From Phoronis australis (taxonomy: Eukaryota; Animalia; Phoronida): 64,000 nucleotides of DNA. The translations under genes and the position numbers were made by a program. The notes below the pieces were generated by a model. It saw only the letters and a list, made by a program, of their open reading frames with translations, did no database searches and was not told where the DNA came from. The stretch lies in assembly GCA_002633005.1 (NCBI GenBank), contig NMRA01000202.1:353516-417515 (forward strand), given 5' to 3'. How positions within the stretch are numbered: the stretch's first letter is position 1; each line of letters opens with the position of its first letter. Of the stretch, positions 1 through 13,006 are shown piece after piece.

Positions 1-43
1 AATAACAACTAAGAAATCAAATTAGTTTTATTATTATCATTAT

Positions 44-979
44 GGAACGTTCGCATATTACGTCACCACTTGAGGGGGAAGGGGTTTGGAAATATGACGA
101 TTTAAGACAGAGGGAAGATGGGGGATTAGACTCACGGTGACGTCATTGCGTGGTTTATTAGAATATCTGGAAACTGGCTCACCTTCTAGTGGAATGGACT
201 AATTCCAAAACCAGAACTCGGTTGCCGTTTCACGTTTCAAAGATTTGATCGTATTACACTAGGCTTACTTTACACTCGTGTACACGTACAAAACACAGCC
301 CCACTCCATCTCTGCCTATCATTGACAATCGTCATAGTAAAGTAGCGCATTCGGGCATGATCACGACACCCAGGGACAGGCAGGGTCATGTTTTGCTGGG
401 GATCATGAGATTTAGATTATGAGATTGTTGAGCATGTATGCACTGTTACAACGAAATTAATTTTTTTCATTTATTACATCAAATATGTCAGAATCATTTT
501 AACTTACTTTCATACCATTTTTCAAGTTGCATTGATTTAAAAATCTCAAGTTTTGCTCTCCACGTTGCCGATTCCGTGGAAACTGGCCACAGGGTAAAAT
601 ACGACAATAGTGCTGTAATCTAATATTAAAAGGCCGCTGTTATGAAAATATTTTGTTTTTCCCGCCATATCCTCACTCTTCTGGTGGACTAGGTATGTAA
701 ATATTCATTATTTTTGATTTGATGGTTGAAATGGTGTACTTTATTTCATTATTGAGTACATCAGCGGTAAATGCAACTTACGATTATAAAAAAGAATTAG
801 TTTGTCATTACAATCATAAATACGGAATTACCGACGAACTGTCGGTTCTTCAAAAAACGAGATGGCTGTGGTGACATGGTTTGAGGCTGGATGGGGGGTT
901 ACATCATAACGACGCAGTATGACAGAGAGGGGGGGGGGTAACAAGTGCCAATTTGGTATGACGTAATATGTGAATGATC
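44..979. mobile_element. Non-autonomous DNA transposon (MITE-like) with imperfect TIRs
   Basis: GAACGTTCGCATATTACGTCA (~45-65) is an imperfect inverted match to TGACGTAATATGTGAATGATC (~959-979). G-rich subterminal tracts at both ends. Confidence 0.5.
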
Positions 980-3900
980 TTTTATTGTTTATTTTCATTG
1001 TAGAAATATAAGTATATCTACGCTTGTATGTGCACTTAACAAATTTGGCAAGTTGTCCAGGAAAACGTTGAGATAATAATATTAATCCATCTACTCTGCT
1101 ACAGAAAAGTTTGCTACTTGGAGATATACTAATTGTACTCTTTGCTTTACATTCATCAGTTTAGAACACAGGACGAGTTTCGTCAGTCAAAAGGTGTCAC
1201 TAAAATGTAAACATTTCGTGGCTTTCAACCCTGTTTCTTTTTGCCACATTTTACAATTAATTTTTTATTGTTTTTAATTAGGCGAGGTTTCCGCGGAAAA
1301 ATCAGTTATATGAATTTTGACAAACAAATCGGAAAGAGTATCTTTAAAAAATACATTTGTTCTAACAGATGGACAATTGAATACAAAATGCTGCCCAATT
1401 AAACCGAGTTTGAATAACAACATATACATAAAATTTCTTTTACAGAAGTCTATGCATGAGATTCCATGAGCATAGAAAAAGTTTCACCTCTATGCTGAGG
1501 CCGAATGAAGAACGCTCGAAACGTGACTTTACAAGCTGTTCAATTGCAAACTCAAGTGCTCAACACAGACTTGGTTATTACAGATCTAATCTAAACATGT
1601 TTTGAATATTGTTTGCAATGATTTGAAATTGGCCAAACCTGGGACTCTTCACAACTCTCACATGAGATGTCTCAGATCGTTTTGATGGGAGTCACCAAGT
1701 GCTGTCGTTTTAAGGAAAATATCGAGACCACGTAGTTAGAATTAATCGCTCCATCTCATTATTTTCTCGTTTCGGTCTCACCTAGGAAGGAAATGTCCTA
1801 TTAAGTGACATTATGAAACCTCTGTCTGTCAAACAATAGCTTGATTTAGATCATTTACCATTACAAATATCTCGTGTCATTCTTTAGATTTAAGGCGGGC
1901 TCAAACCCGCTTTCCGTCGGAGCAAATCAACACTTAGCGTTATGAAACTGATCTCAAATCGTTCCTTAGTCAACTAAATGTAATTTCTTGGCTTAGAAGG
2001 AACTGGCAGCTCATTAGCCATAAACGTAAGAAACCACTGTCTCCGCAAACTGGCTTGTCACACCGTGTCATTAGTTATTCAACGAGTCAAGGTCTCAAGC
2101 AATTACGAACTGCCAGTTCTTCGTAAAATCAAAAACTCACTTAAGGGACATTATCGAAAGAAAATTGATTGTTTGAGATAAATCTCAGCGTGGAATTTTA
2201 CCTGCAACCCCTGTGGCCGCAATCTAATAACGATTTGGTGACTCAGCTCACCCACTCGGTAAATGGCAAAGTTTAAGCGTATATTGAACAGGTAAGGTCA
2301 CCGGCCTTTATGTCAACGTGCGAGTGTCTGGCAGACAACGGATTCTACTGTTTTATAACTATGGTCAAAGCAATAACTTCAAGATGTCTAAGCCCTCTAA
2401 CAATTACACCAAAATGAGTTTTGCGGGCGTGTTCTTGAGGAATACGAATAACACTAATACGAGATTGTGTCTACAATTAAGGCTCAGTACTAACGGTGCG
2501 GCAAATCGTGCTTTTTCAATTCCATACATGTATACCAGTACCCGGTTGCTAGAAACAGTCTCAACACGGAGTCAACTACGTTCCTTAAATTTTCAGAGCA
2601 TTTGTAGACTTTTGGAGTTCGGTGGACACTGAACACCCCTCACTTGACCATCTGGCAGTGTGGTCTTAGAGAGTTTGAATCCATGATCTTTTGATTATAA
2701 GATTGTAAGGCATCTGCTTTATTTGTTACATACAAAACCACGTTGTCTTTTAGCCATACCAGTTGTATCAATGTACGCGTGGTCCGATTGTGCTGTTGGA
2801 ACAACATCTCGAAGTCCTACAATTACAGTTTGTATTTTTAGAAGTCACAATGGTGCTGAAGTTTAGGAAAGATAAAGGCGTTTATGTAGGACCCTAGAAA
2901 AATTTTCAAAACTTTGGAACACAACATCTCAGAAACGGCTGATTGAATTCAAATGGAACATTCAGATACTATGTTTTGCGAACTGTTTTGCAAAAAGCTG
3001 TTAAGAATTGTTTTCAAAGTGTTTCAGATTTGCATAAAAGGAAATAAAAATGGGAATTTTATGATTTTCGTGAAAAAATGAAGTTGCAGAAAACGAAAAC
3101 GAAAAGATATTTTAGAAGACTGTCAATAGCAGCGTTTTTTGAGATATTATCTTGAACATTTACACCAAATAAAACCAGATCATGTTATTGGGGTCATTGG
3201 TTTGCTGTCGGTGACCTTTCTTTTTTGATAAGTTCAACTAAAAAACATAGTTACGTGACTCAATTAATAACAGACCAGTAAAATGTCAACAATCAAATTT
3301 TACTATCTTTCTACATTCGGAAAAAAATATACTTTTGCTGATTTAAAATCTGTAAATATTTGGCTTAATACGCAGAACTAGTATCAACAAGGTCCTACAT
3401 AACCCCCACTGCACGAAAAAACGCCTTTCGTCAACATTTTCAAGCTATCAAAATGTGTACGAAAGTTGAACCCGTATCTGTTGACCTCTTTTGTAAATCG
3501 AAAGATCGTCTTTCAACTTTTTGGAACACAAAATATGACAAAATGTCGTATTTTGTACCTTTTTACTAGAGAAAAGCTCAACTTTCATCTTTTTTCATCT
3601 TCTTCACAAACAAAAGTTCATACCATCACCTTTTGTAATCTTTTAGACTTTCAAAATACCAAGCTGCCTGGTNAGTGTTTCTCTCTCTCGCCTCGCTGGT
3701 TCCCTACGTGCCGCTGGGTGCATGGTAGCCAGCACGCACGCAGCAAGCAGTAGCACGCACTTTATCATTGGCTGATGTAACCTCGGCAGTCAATGGTTAG
3801 CTCTACAACAAAGTGAGAAATTGGCGGACAATGAACGATTTTTAGCCTTGTCGCTATGCAAGTGGCGTAGCAGAAACTATTTCGTTTCTACAGTAATGTT

Positions 3901-4187
3901 TAATAGCCGCGTGCTTCAGTGAAGCACATACATGTACAATAAACACATATCTGGCCGATTTAATCGGCGCGGCGTTATTCATACTGTAGATGTTCTCTAC
4001 CCCGTAGTGGACACGCAGGGAACCAGGGAGAGGAGGTGCTTGCCATTTTTTTTGCATCGGATAGAGGCCTGCACTCCGCTCAAGAAGTTAACTTTTTGTA
4101 TAGACCCCTCAAAACCACTCATTGCTATAAAATCGGTCTGAACTTGTTCCTTACATAACAAGCCAAGCATAGCGAGCTCACATTGTG

Positions 4188-4668
4188 TCAGCCTCGACTT
4201 CAAGCCTCAAGATGGTGCTGATCGGTTTAGCCATTTGAGACTTGGTTATGGGAAATGAAATGTGTCAGAATTCTGACATATTTTTATGGAAATCGCCGGA
4301 ATATCACGAGTAACATAAAGTTTTATCAACTTTGAAATTTTCATAATATAAAAATTAAATATAACGGTATATTGCAGCAAGTTAGGCCTAAATTATTGCA
4401 AAAATGATATATTTTGATTTGAAAACCTATTAATTTCTATGATACTGTTAATAAAAATAAGTACCCCCAACAACCTTTATTTCAAATAATAAGTAAAACA
4501 ATGCCTTCTGTTTCATGAACGGCAGCAACAACGTCTGTGAAAATAATTAAAATCTGCATTTGTTTTAGTGACGTCAAGGCAGCGGCTGCGCACAAGGTAA
4601 TTTCCCATAACCAAGCCTCAAATGGCTAAACCGATCAGCGCCATCTTGAGGCTTGGGGACGAGGCTGA
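4188..4668. mobile_element. MITE with ~70-bp TIRs
   Basis: TCAGCCTCG...CAAGCCTCAAGATGGTGCTGATCGGTTTAGCCATTTGAGACTTGGTTATGGGAAAT matches in inverted orientation ATTTCCCATAACCAAGCCTCAAATGGCTAAACCGATCAGCGCCATCTTGAGGCTTGGGGACGAGGCTGA. Confidence 0.85.
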
Positions 4669-5329
4669 ATTTGTGTTTGATGACCCGAGTTAGAAAAATT
4701 CCAAGTCGCCAGGAAGTTGCCACTGCGGAGTATCAAAGTCAGACAACAACTTCCTCTAAATTCGTTTCAAAGTTTGTGTTAACTTCCAAAATTTAAATTA
4801 CTAGCACTTTTCTCAGATTTATCACCTTTGATTCACAATTGTTCCGTTGATTTCGTGAAATCACGAATTTGCCACCACGCTTAAATTACAACAGGAAGTA
4901 AACAGTCAGAAGTCGGAATTGTGGTGTAATACTTTACATTTATTTCTCACAAGAGCTTCTAGTATTACACTTCTAAAATTGATTCGCCATGCTCTCAAGC
5001 GTCACAATTTGCTACCTAGTTTGGAGCACATCTCTAAATTTACTGTCTTGTATATCTTATGCTTTAGGCCACTGAATCTCTGAAAAGGCATGATGAGACA
5101 GCTAGCAGTGCCTCACAAGCAAGAAAATTCTTCTGTCGTACTGCTACATTTTCACGTAAGTTATGTTTTTATATAAGTCACTACTTCTTCCAGTATAGTT
5201 TATTGTCTGTTATAACCCCAGGAAATTTGGTTTAAGTCACTGTGTCCATGGAAATGTTATCTAAAAATAGTTCAAATTCTGTGCTATATTTTGTTCGGCG
5301 CCATCATGCAATTAGTTATTTTGGGCATT

Positions 5330-5990
5330 CAAAGATAGTTTAGATAATTTGTTTGTAGCAAAAGATTCACTGACTACTTTCAACTCCACGTTGATTACTA
5401 AGGTTACTATGTTTGAAAACATCTAGGTATCGTCTGCTAAGAGAAGCATTTTGTTTATTATTTATTTACCTAACGTCACTGATATCAGTAATAAACAACA
5501 TAAACAATATAGAACCCTTGTGGAACAACACATTTAATTTCATTTAACTCAGATTTCACACCATTGACTCCAACATACTGCTTTCTACTCTTAAGGTAGC
5601 TATCAACCTATCCGTTTGTCAGCCCGAATGCTCCAGTCTTCAAGTAAAATTCAACGATCTATAGTGTCACTGGCTTTTTTCAAATCTATGAAGGAATATT
5701 TCTGTAATTTACTAACATTTGTAAAGAGCAATAGCGATGGGTTCAAGTAAGAACAAAAGTGCTAACGACGTTGAATCTCCAAAATCTATACAAGTTAATG
5801 ATCATAATTTTCTGTTTTTCAACAAAGAAGATTAGTCTATTATAAAATAATTTCCAATTTTTGACAATTGTTGCAGTAATGACGCAGACATATTATTTGA
5901 AAATTTATCTTTGATGCCACTTTTTAACGTATGACTTGCCATTCTTTTTCCAGACCAATGTTTAAGTCGATCCAGAAAATTTCCTGCAAC
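5330..5990 (-). mobile_element. Degraded non-LTR retrotransposon (CR1/L2-like) reverse transcriptase fragment
   Basis: Minus-strand remnants FIDLKKASDTID (cf. FxDLxKAFDTV), VPQG and LLLADDT (cf. YADDT) in the expected order, broken by stops and frameshifts. Confidence 0.7.
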
Positions 5991-6226
5991 GTTCCCATTG
6001 TTGACGATATGAGGTCAGCATCCTTAGTATTACATTTCTATCACTGCCGAATCTACGGAGCGGGCTCACTGAGATTTTTGCTGTCGTCATTGTTACGAGA
6101 TTGAAATAATCAAATTCCAGTCAATAAAATCGTAGGTCTGCTGATAAATCACTAGAGACCAATAACTTCAAGTGGAGTAGTTCTAACCTAAAAGAGCAGT
6201 ACGGAAGTAAGAATCTGGGTTCTTAC

Positions 6227-6423
6227 CTGGCGTTCATCCAACAGTAAATGAAGGGGTTATACATAGCAAAGCTCATTGCAACCCAGTAAATGCATAAGTA
6301 GATATGTTGGCTGTAGCTGTTCACAGCTAGTTCTGGCGTTGCCGTGGTAATGATGAAGTAAAGATGCTGGGGTAGCCAACAGATGGAAAAGATGGTGACG
6401 AGAATTGCCATCATTTTCACCAC
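6227..6423 (-). CDS. TACR: Tachykinin receptor-like GPCR, coding exon 4 (TM6-TM7)
   Basis: Acceptor TTTGCAG|GTG. Reads VVKMMAILVTIFSICWLPQHLYF...YWVAMSFAMYNPFIYCWMNAR, with CWLP and NPxxY motifs. Donor AG|GTAAGA. 197 nt. Confidence 0.93.
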
Positions 6424-7029
6424 CTGCAAACGAAGAGGATTAAGTGAATCAATACACAAAACTAATGAAACGCTCAGTAGTTGTTTATGAATTAAAATGT
6501 TGACTATATTCTCTCGGGAAATCTGTTTGTATCGAATTATAGGAAGTATGGCAACAGCACGTTCTCAAAAATGTGCGGACAACAAAGTCAGAAAGTGAGG
6601 GACCTCTCTACCGGAATTTTCTACAGATAGGCCCATGTTAAGATATGCCCAGTAAGCAGCCAAATCTGGCGATACCCCAGTTTCAAATGAAATGGCCACT
6701 GAAATCATAACTTAAGTGAAATTTCAACAATAAACTCTTACCTGTGGGGACAATTAGACATCGGCAATGTTATGTACTTTTTCTTTTGCTTTAAATTTGC
6801 TTGTCAGCTACGATATTGATAAAACCGAGCGTATATTCGTTACTTTCAAATATATGCCTGAGCATAATTTGAATTTGACTTTTGGTCTTTTAACTGATAT
6901 CCGAATATACGGCACCGCCTTGTCTACAGAAAACTCCTGAAACAAAAAATCCGGTCCCCCGTCACTGCAGTGAAGGCACCTTTCTGGGAGGAAAATGCCT
7001 TGAAATTGATTTCGTGGATTTACCCTCAC

Positions 7030-7183
7030 CTTTCTCTTTGAACGAATGTTTTCCTGATGACGGACCGACTCAGAGTCCCCGATCACTGTATTACCCCACA
7101 GTTCAACTCCGACACGGGCGTAGGTGGCAACCAGGACGACGAGGGGAAGAAAGTATTCAATCATGAGCAGAAATACTTGATAC
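7030..7183 (-). CDS. TACR: Tachykinin receptor-like GPCR, coding exon 3 (TM5, ICL3)
   Basis: Acceptor TTTTGTTCAG|G. Reads YQVFLLMIEYFLPLVVLVATYARVGVELWGNTVIGDSESVRHQENIRSKRK. Donor AAG|GTGAGG. 154 nt. Confidence 0.92.
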
Positions 7184-7654
7184 CTGAACAAAAGACACAG
7201 GCATTCACTATGATTTAAAAACAAGTGTTTGCTTATTAAATTTAATTTCACAATCCAATTTGGCACCACTTCACTTAGGCAGACTTGGGGTTATGTAGCA
7301 CCTTTTAGACAAGTCATTGCCTTCAGCCGAATATTATAAAATAGTGAAATATAATTCAGTGAAAGTATATATTTCTAAAAGTAAAAAGTCTGCAGAATTT
7401 GATTTTTGACTTCATGCCAATCTGTCGTTGGCTGGGTCACGTGACCACGACTGCAGCAAAATTCAGCAAAAAAGAAAATATGTAAATTCATAGCAAAACA
7501 GCAACATGAATAACATGATCAACAGTCGTTTGACAATTTTTCAAGACGTACTCTCAAAAATTCTGTTACAGTACTCTTTTCATGAATTCTCATGACGTTA
7601 ATTAAGTGTAAGTTTAAATCATTTCCTATGACGTACAACCGTCCCATCAATAGA

Positions 7655-7755
7655 GAATCCTACACGAGTCTCAGGTTTGCGACATGGTCAAAACCTCTTG
7701 GAAATTTTCAAGGGGTTTTGCCCATGTCGAAAACCTGAGACGAGTGTAGGATTTG
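7655..7755. repeat. ~100-bp hairpin palindrome, probably a transposon terminus
   Basis: AATCCTACACGAGTCTCAGGTTTGCGACATGG...CCATGTCGAAAACCTGAGACGAGTGTAGGATT. Confidence 0.75.
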
Positions 7756-9527
7756 TTTCCTCGCAGGAACCGTAAAAACGATCTTTTTTACGGAAAAACT
7801 TGACGTGTCTAAAACTTTCAACCACATGACGCCACTTTTGTAAAAACACGCTTGCCCAATGTAAAGTAAACTCAGTTACTTTTTGTCAATAGTTTTATTT
7901 TAAACTTAACAATTGTAAATTGCATTCAGCTTTCGTAGCAATATTCAAGTTAGAATCTAATGAATGGTCTTTGAAGTTGTAATATTAAAAAGTAATTAAT
8001 GCTTATAAATAACAGCCAGCAAGGCTTCCCCGCGAGTGAATATTGAATTGACCATGAGACAGCACAGCCAGACAGTCTCACCGCGTTTCTTAAGTTGGGG
8101 TTCGTCTCCGTTTGAATGAACGTGGATATGGAATTCGCAGCCGAAAATGTTTAAGAAGTTGTCTACGTGTCCTTCTCACTGAGAGTACGTACAGTTACGA
8201 CAACGAGTTTGTCAATCATAACCTTGTCACCTTCACGGAATTTCCGGCATTGTTTGGTTGCTGCGCGTTTGGTTGTTTTAGTGTTTTGTAAACGATAAAG
8301 TGTAAGGCGTATGGATTTTTACTTTGCACTACTTTGTGATTTGCCCATGTAATATTAAAAAAATGCTTACTCGGTGTTATTAACCAGTGGTGTCGTAACA
8401 CATTCCAGGTCATGTGGGAAAAACAATTACGTTATATAACCATATCGGACATCTTTGTGTTTTTGTTTATTATGGCACTGACCAGTATCTAGTCTTTGTG
8501 AAACCCAATATGGCAGACCGCTGTCCAGTCTTCATTCGCGTTTATGATTTGGATGAGATCACCGGGTCATTCAATATTGTTGTTGTTGTTTTGTTCTCAC
8601 GCCCACACATATTTCTATGCATTATATAAATTGTAGTTAGAGTTAATAAACTTTGTATGTCGGTAGAAACTCAACTACTGTGTTAGTTTTTATACTGCTC
8701 TCCATCAATTTGCTACCTTGTCAGCTAACAATCTATTTACCGTTCAATCAAGAACCCGGTAATCAACTATGCTCCCAAGAACTATGCAACACTTTTAAAT
8801 GATCATTTTGTTTTCGTTTTTTTTCATAAAAACTCCATTGTTTGATAACATCTATTGCAAAAGCATGACCTTTTCTTAGCGTTTTGGAAAGCAGTGCAAA
8901 AAGCATGTAATGGCGATGGCAGCGCTAGTAGTCACCAAATAATGTAAAAATGAGCCGATAAGGAGCATGCAGTGTACCTCACTCAGCGGTCAGGCAGGTA
9001 CTGTAGTGCAATGAACTTTGAACACGCAACCTTAAGGCGTTACTTGCAAAATAGTTCACTACTTTCGAAAGCGAAGAATCCAAACGAAAATATGAGCCTG
9101 AAAAAAGTTCTGAGAAGAGAGCATGCTTCGATCTTTTCTAATATCACAAGAGTTGCATGATTCTGAAGCAGAACTCGGTTACAGAATTGAACATTCTATA
9201 TTCCTTTCTATTAGACTGTCGAATTTCCGGCGTGGTACGAGACTCAAAATGCAACACCAACCTCTTAAATGATGCGGAATATGTTGCGTAAGTTAAAAAA
9301 TACATTCTTGAGACTATATCAAAATATTCAACACTTCAGTATAAAAGTGATTAAAATATTCTCCTAATAAAGACCTGGAGATATTCCAAATTGGCGACTC
9401 TTTACTTTTGAGCTGCTTTTTTAAATAAGGTCTGAAAGTATTCGGTTTAGTAAACGAAAACAGGGAGAATGTTTCTTGCTTGAAAAGTTTGGAGACAGTG
9501 CAAATTAATAGTTTATTCGAAATAAAT

Positions 9528-9775
9528 ATAGATTATTACATGGCGAAGTTGTTATCCCCCGTTATTATCTAGAGACCGGGTGGATTTTGGAGAATTATCG
9601 CCCGAGGGGCGTTAGGGGGATAACGACTGAGAACATGTAATAATCTATTTATACCGCATACTGAACGAGAAACATTGCAATGAATCGATCTACCTTTATC
9701 GACTCGCCTCGGCTTTGTAATTACTTTCTATGTTTAGAGGCCCGGGGTCGGAGATCGTGACCTTTTAAGAAAAGC
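9528..9775. repeat. Hairpin-headed dispersed repeat (family shared with 27272-27550 and 28091-28166)
   Basis: GATTATTACATGGC...CATGTAATAATCTATTTATACC followed by GAATCGATC...GGTCGGAGaTCGTGACCTTT. The same block recurs at 27272-27550. Confidence 0.75.
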
Positions 9776-10195
9776 CGAGCTATTTTTGTCAAATAATGCT
9801 TATACTCAAAACCAATTGAAAATTTAAACAAAATAGAAATACAGTGAATCTGTAAATTAAGGTTTAGCAACTTTTATAGATTACTACACATTTTATCACG
9901 CTTAAGCTTCGACCGGGAAAATATCGTCTCTAAAGTAGGTTACCACTAGTAACTGACTATAATGCTCAAGTCAAAGGATCCTGACGACACGATACCCGCA
10001 TTCAAATTGGAGATCGGTGATTTACAAGTGAGAGAACACGAGAGAAAATTTCACTGAATTAAAATATCGTTTTTATGGAAATTATGCGTCTTATTTTTCA
10101 TAGCGTATAATGTCGGTGCAATGCCCTTTGCTGAACATGCGATTGTTGCGCGTGCTCATTTAAGTATTCGATTTTCACGCTTAATGACGTCAGCC

Positions 10196-10265
10196 GCTGA
10201 GTGGTGTAGTGTTAAAGTCGGCGACTCGGAACTCTTGAGGCCCGGGTTCAAATCCGGCCTCGGTA
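10196..10265 (+). pseudogene. tRNA-derived sequence (SINE head or tRNA pseudogene)
   Basis: A-box-like TGGTGTAGTG, B-box GGTTCAAATCC, GCTGAG/CTCGGT acceptor-like pairing. The anticodon stem is not intact. Confidence 0.5.
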
Positions 10266-12050
10266 TCCCGGCAAAATGTTATCTCATTAGTGAGATAAAT
10301 TTATGGGTTATTACACTGTTGTATCTGCCATTCGAGGCTTATATTGTGGTATAACTGAAATTACGACGTTTTCCGAATTTGATGAGCCAGCGCAAGTCAG
10401 AGCTCGTGCTCGACGGACCAAGACGAGAAACATGAAAAGCATATCCGTAATACAGAAATAAGAAATATCACGAACAATGATATTTATAAATTACTTTACA
10501 ACAGGAATGAAATCGTCGACTAGAAGGCATTGCTTCAATTTTCTAGCAGTTTTTACAAATATGTGTACTCTAGTAAAGATAATGTTTTGGTAGACGGGGA
10601 TTAAGAAACTGCTATTAATGCAAAAGAAATATGAAAAGTTAGCAATCTAGATATCTACCGACCGATATCTGTTCAGAAAACTTAAGGTGACAGTGATGAA
10701 CACATGGAAATGACAAGTGGCCCGGTACGAACGGCTTTTCAGTTGAGTTTCCTCTTTTTTGATTCTTTCATTTAATAAGAATTTTGATAAAAGGAATTTT
10801 GCCTTCAAGCCAAAGCCACGGTTTGATTTCGTTCTTACTGAAAGGTAACAAATTTCCAGAATATTTCAGAGATTGGCATCCTATGTCTTAGTTGGCTATC
10901 ATATGTAAAATTTATAACAGGTCCTCTCAAACATATGGAAACCAAAGGGTTTTCGCAAGGGCAGATACATTGGGGGCAACACTAAAAATATTCACAATCA
11001 AGTAAAATGTACTGAAAACGTAAATATTGCTAGACTGTGGCAGATTTTGTGAAGTCTTTTAAATGGATTTGTCTCCTCAACAGGGAAATTCAACTCTTAG
11101 TGATCCAGTATAATTTCACTAATGAATGCTTTTCAATTTTTTGTAAAACTGGTTATACATGAATATGCATGAGAGGCAGTCTCATTTTAACCGTTGAAGC
11201 TGCATTTCGCAAAGTTTTGCTGGCTGAGAACAATAATCGAATTAAGCCTTTCTCTCTAATACTATCGATCTCATAATTGCGAATTCGAAAACGGCGCATG
11301 TAGAAGTTGAGAACTACTAGCATAATTAGAATCCTATCACCGTGAGGAATGTTGTAGGAGAATAAGATCTTTTCGTTTTTGCCAGCTTTACTGGGCGAAA
11401 TGCAACAGGAGTTTCCAGTAGGGGCAAAACAGGTAAAAACGAACAATGCACTGGCCCAATAGCTGCTACGAAGTTGCCCAGAATTGTATTTTCAACAATG
11501 CATTGGTCAAATACTAATCAGATGCGCAAAGCATTACAGGCCCGATATTGGGAGAATACAAAAGTGCTCACAGAGACGGTAAAGAACACTACCACCTGTG
11601 CTAGGTTGTCTATATCTTCTAGCGATTATGAACCCGCCTTCCATCACAAAAACAACTTTCGATTTAGACCACATGCCGTTATAAAATGGATGTTAATTTG
11701 TTCCTAAGTCAAACTGAAGTTGGTTCCAGGTGTTCCAAACAGGTCACTAGTAGACACAAAGATCTGCCAGTTAGTTTGCTCGGCATATCTTTTTATGCGC
11801 TAAGCATGTCCTGTTGTGACAAAAAAGGACGCAAAACCGACACATATTGTCGCTCCCTAAAGTGGGACAGTATACATGTATGCCCAGTTTGGCAATATGT
11901 CATGAACATCAATACGCATATTCTGTCGCTCAGGCGACGCGAGTGCGACGTAAATATATGTCACGGCATAGTCTCACGGACTGCCGAAATGTAAGTTGTT
12001 TCTAACCCAGAAATCTTTTCTCAGACGATGAAGGATCAAGTAGAGACCAG

Positions 12051-12177
12051 GCGTGCGTTCAGTAACGCTAGGACCTACGCTAGTCACGTGTTCTCATTTA
12101 AAATACGCGGCCATATCTCACGTAATCTCACGAAGTCTTGCTTTTTAGCGAGATCCTAGCGTTACTGAACGGGAGGC
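12051..12177. mobile_element. Short MITE with TIRs
   Basis: CGTTCAGTAACGCTAGGA ... TCCTAGCGTTACTGAACG. Confidence 0.65.
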
Positions 12178-12490
12178 AGTGTTATTGCGATTCGTGATCT
12201 TAACCATGACAGTTTATATCCACCTGTGGAAGTTGGCATTTAAACAGGTTTGAAAAAGATGGGCCACTCCTCGTAACATGTTGTTAAGCACGGTATAAAC
12301 AAGCATTCTCGTTATCATGATAGGACTTATCCATTGTAATTCCTCGCTGATAGTGTCATCAATTTTCGTGAACGACGTCTGTGACCAGCAAAAGGTAAAT
12401 GATCTATCGCTAACCGGGGAAATAACTTCTCGAAAGACTTACAAGTACACGTAAACAAAATTCATGCAACAAGAATACATTTTTACTCAC

Positions 12491-12697
12491 ACCAAATCGA
12501 AAGGCGATTCAAAGTATTTTCCGTCGGGCCACCTAAGCAGGCAAATGGTTCTATCGTCGTCTCCAAACTGTACTGTTACACCGTAAAGCAGGTTAGGTAG
12601 GGCAACGATAGCCGACGCCAGCCAAGTGGCGGCGATGACGCTCAGCACGAGGTTGTGGGGGAGTCGTGGCTTAAGTGGGTGGATAATGGCAACATAC
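12491..12697 (-). CDS. TACR: Tachykinin receptor-like GPCR, coding exon 2 (ICL2, TM4, ECL2); absent from the ORF track
   Basis: Acceptor TTTCTCTCCAG|G completes DRY. Reads YVAIIHPLKPRLPHNLVLSVIAATWLASAIVALPNLLYGVTVQFGDDDRTICLLRWPDGKYFESPFDLV. Donor GT|GTGAGT. 207 nt, phases compatible with both neighbours. Confidence 0.92.
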
Positions 12698-13006
12698 CTG
12701 GAGAGAAAGATATGTTAAGATGGGACAAGCTCTCCAAATTGTCAAATGGGTTACATTATGACACGTGTCTCGCTGTTTTGGATGTATAAAACAACATTGT
12801 AATCAAAATCCTTTAAATGATATTAAAGTATATGGGACAGTTTCACTAAACTGGCAGCATTGTGGCCACATAGTACTACTGTACAATCAACACTTCCTCT
12901 TATACTTGTTCCTGGTTCGGACTAACGAGTTCCAGTCTCATCTGAATCGAGTTTCGTTGTGAAATGACGGAACTTCAAAGTGGATCTTGTGGTATGATCT
13001 GGAAGT

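Noticed and set aside
1-6226. Search for the final receptor exon (RFRxxF..., C-tail)
   Set aside because: No acceptor followed by a plausible helix-8 sequence was found by eye, so it was not annotated.
6808-7269. 153-aa ORF as a standalone gene
   Set aside because: Only 7030-7183 is receptor-like and bounded by splice sites. The rest is intron read-through.
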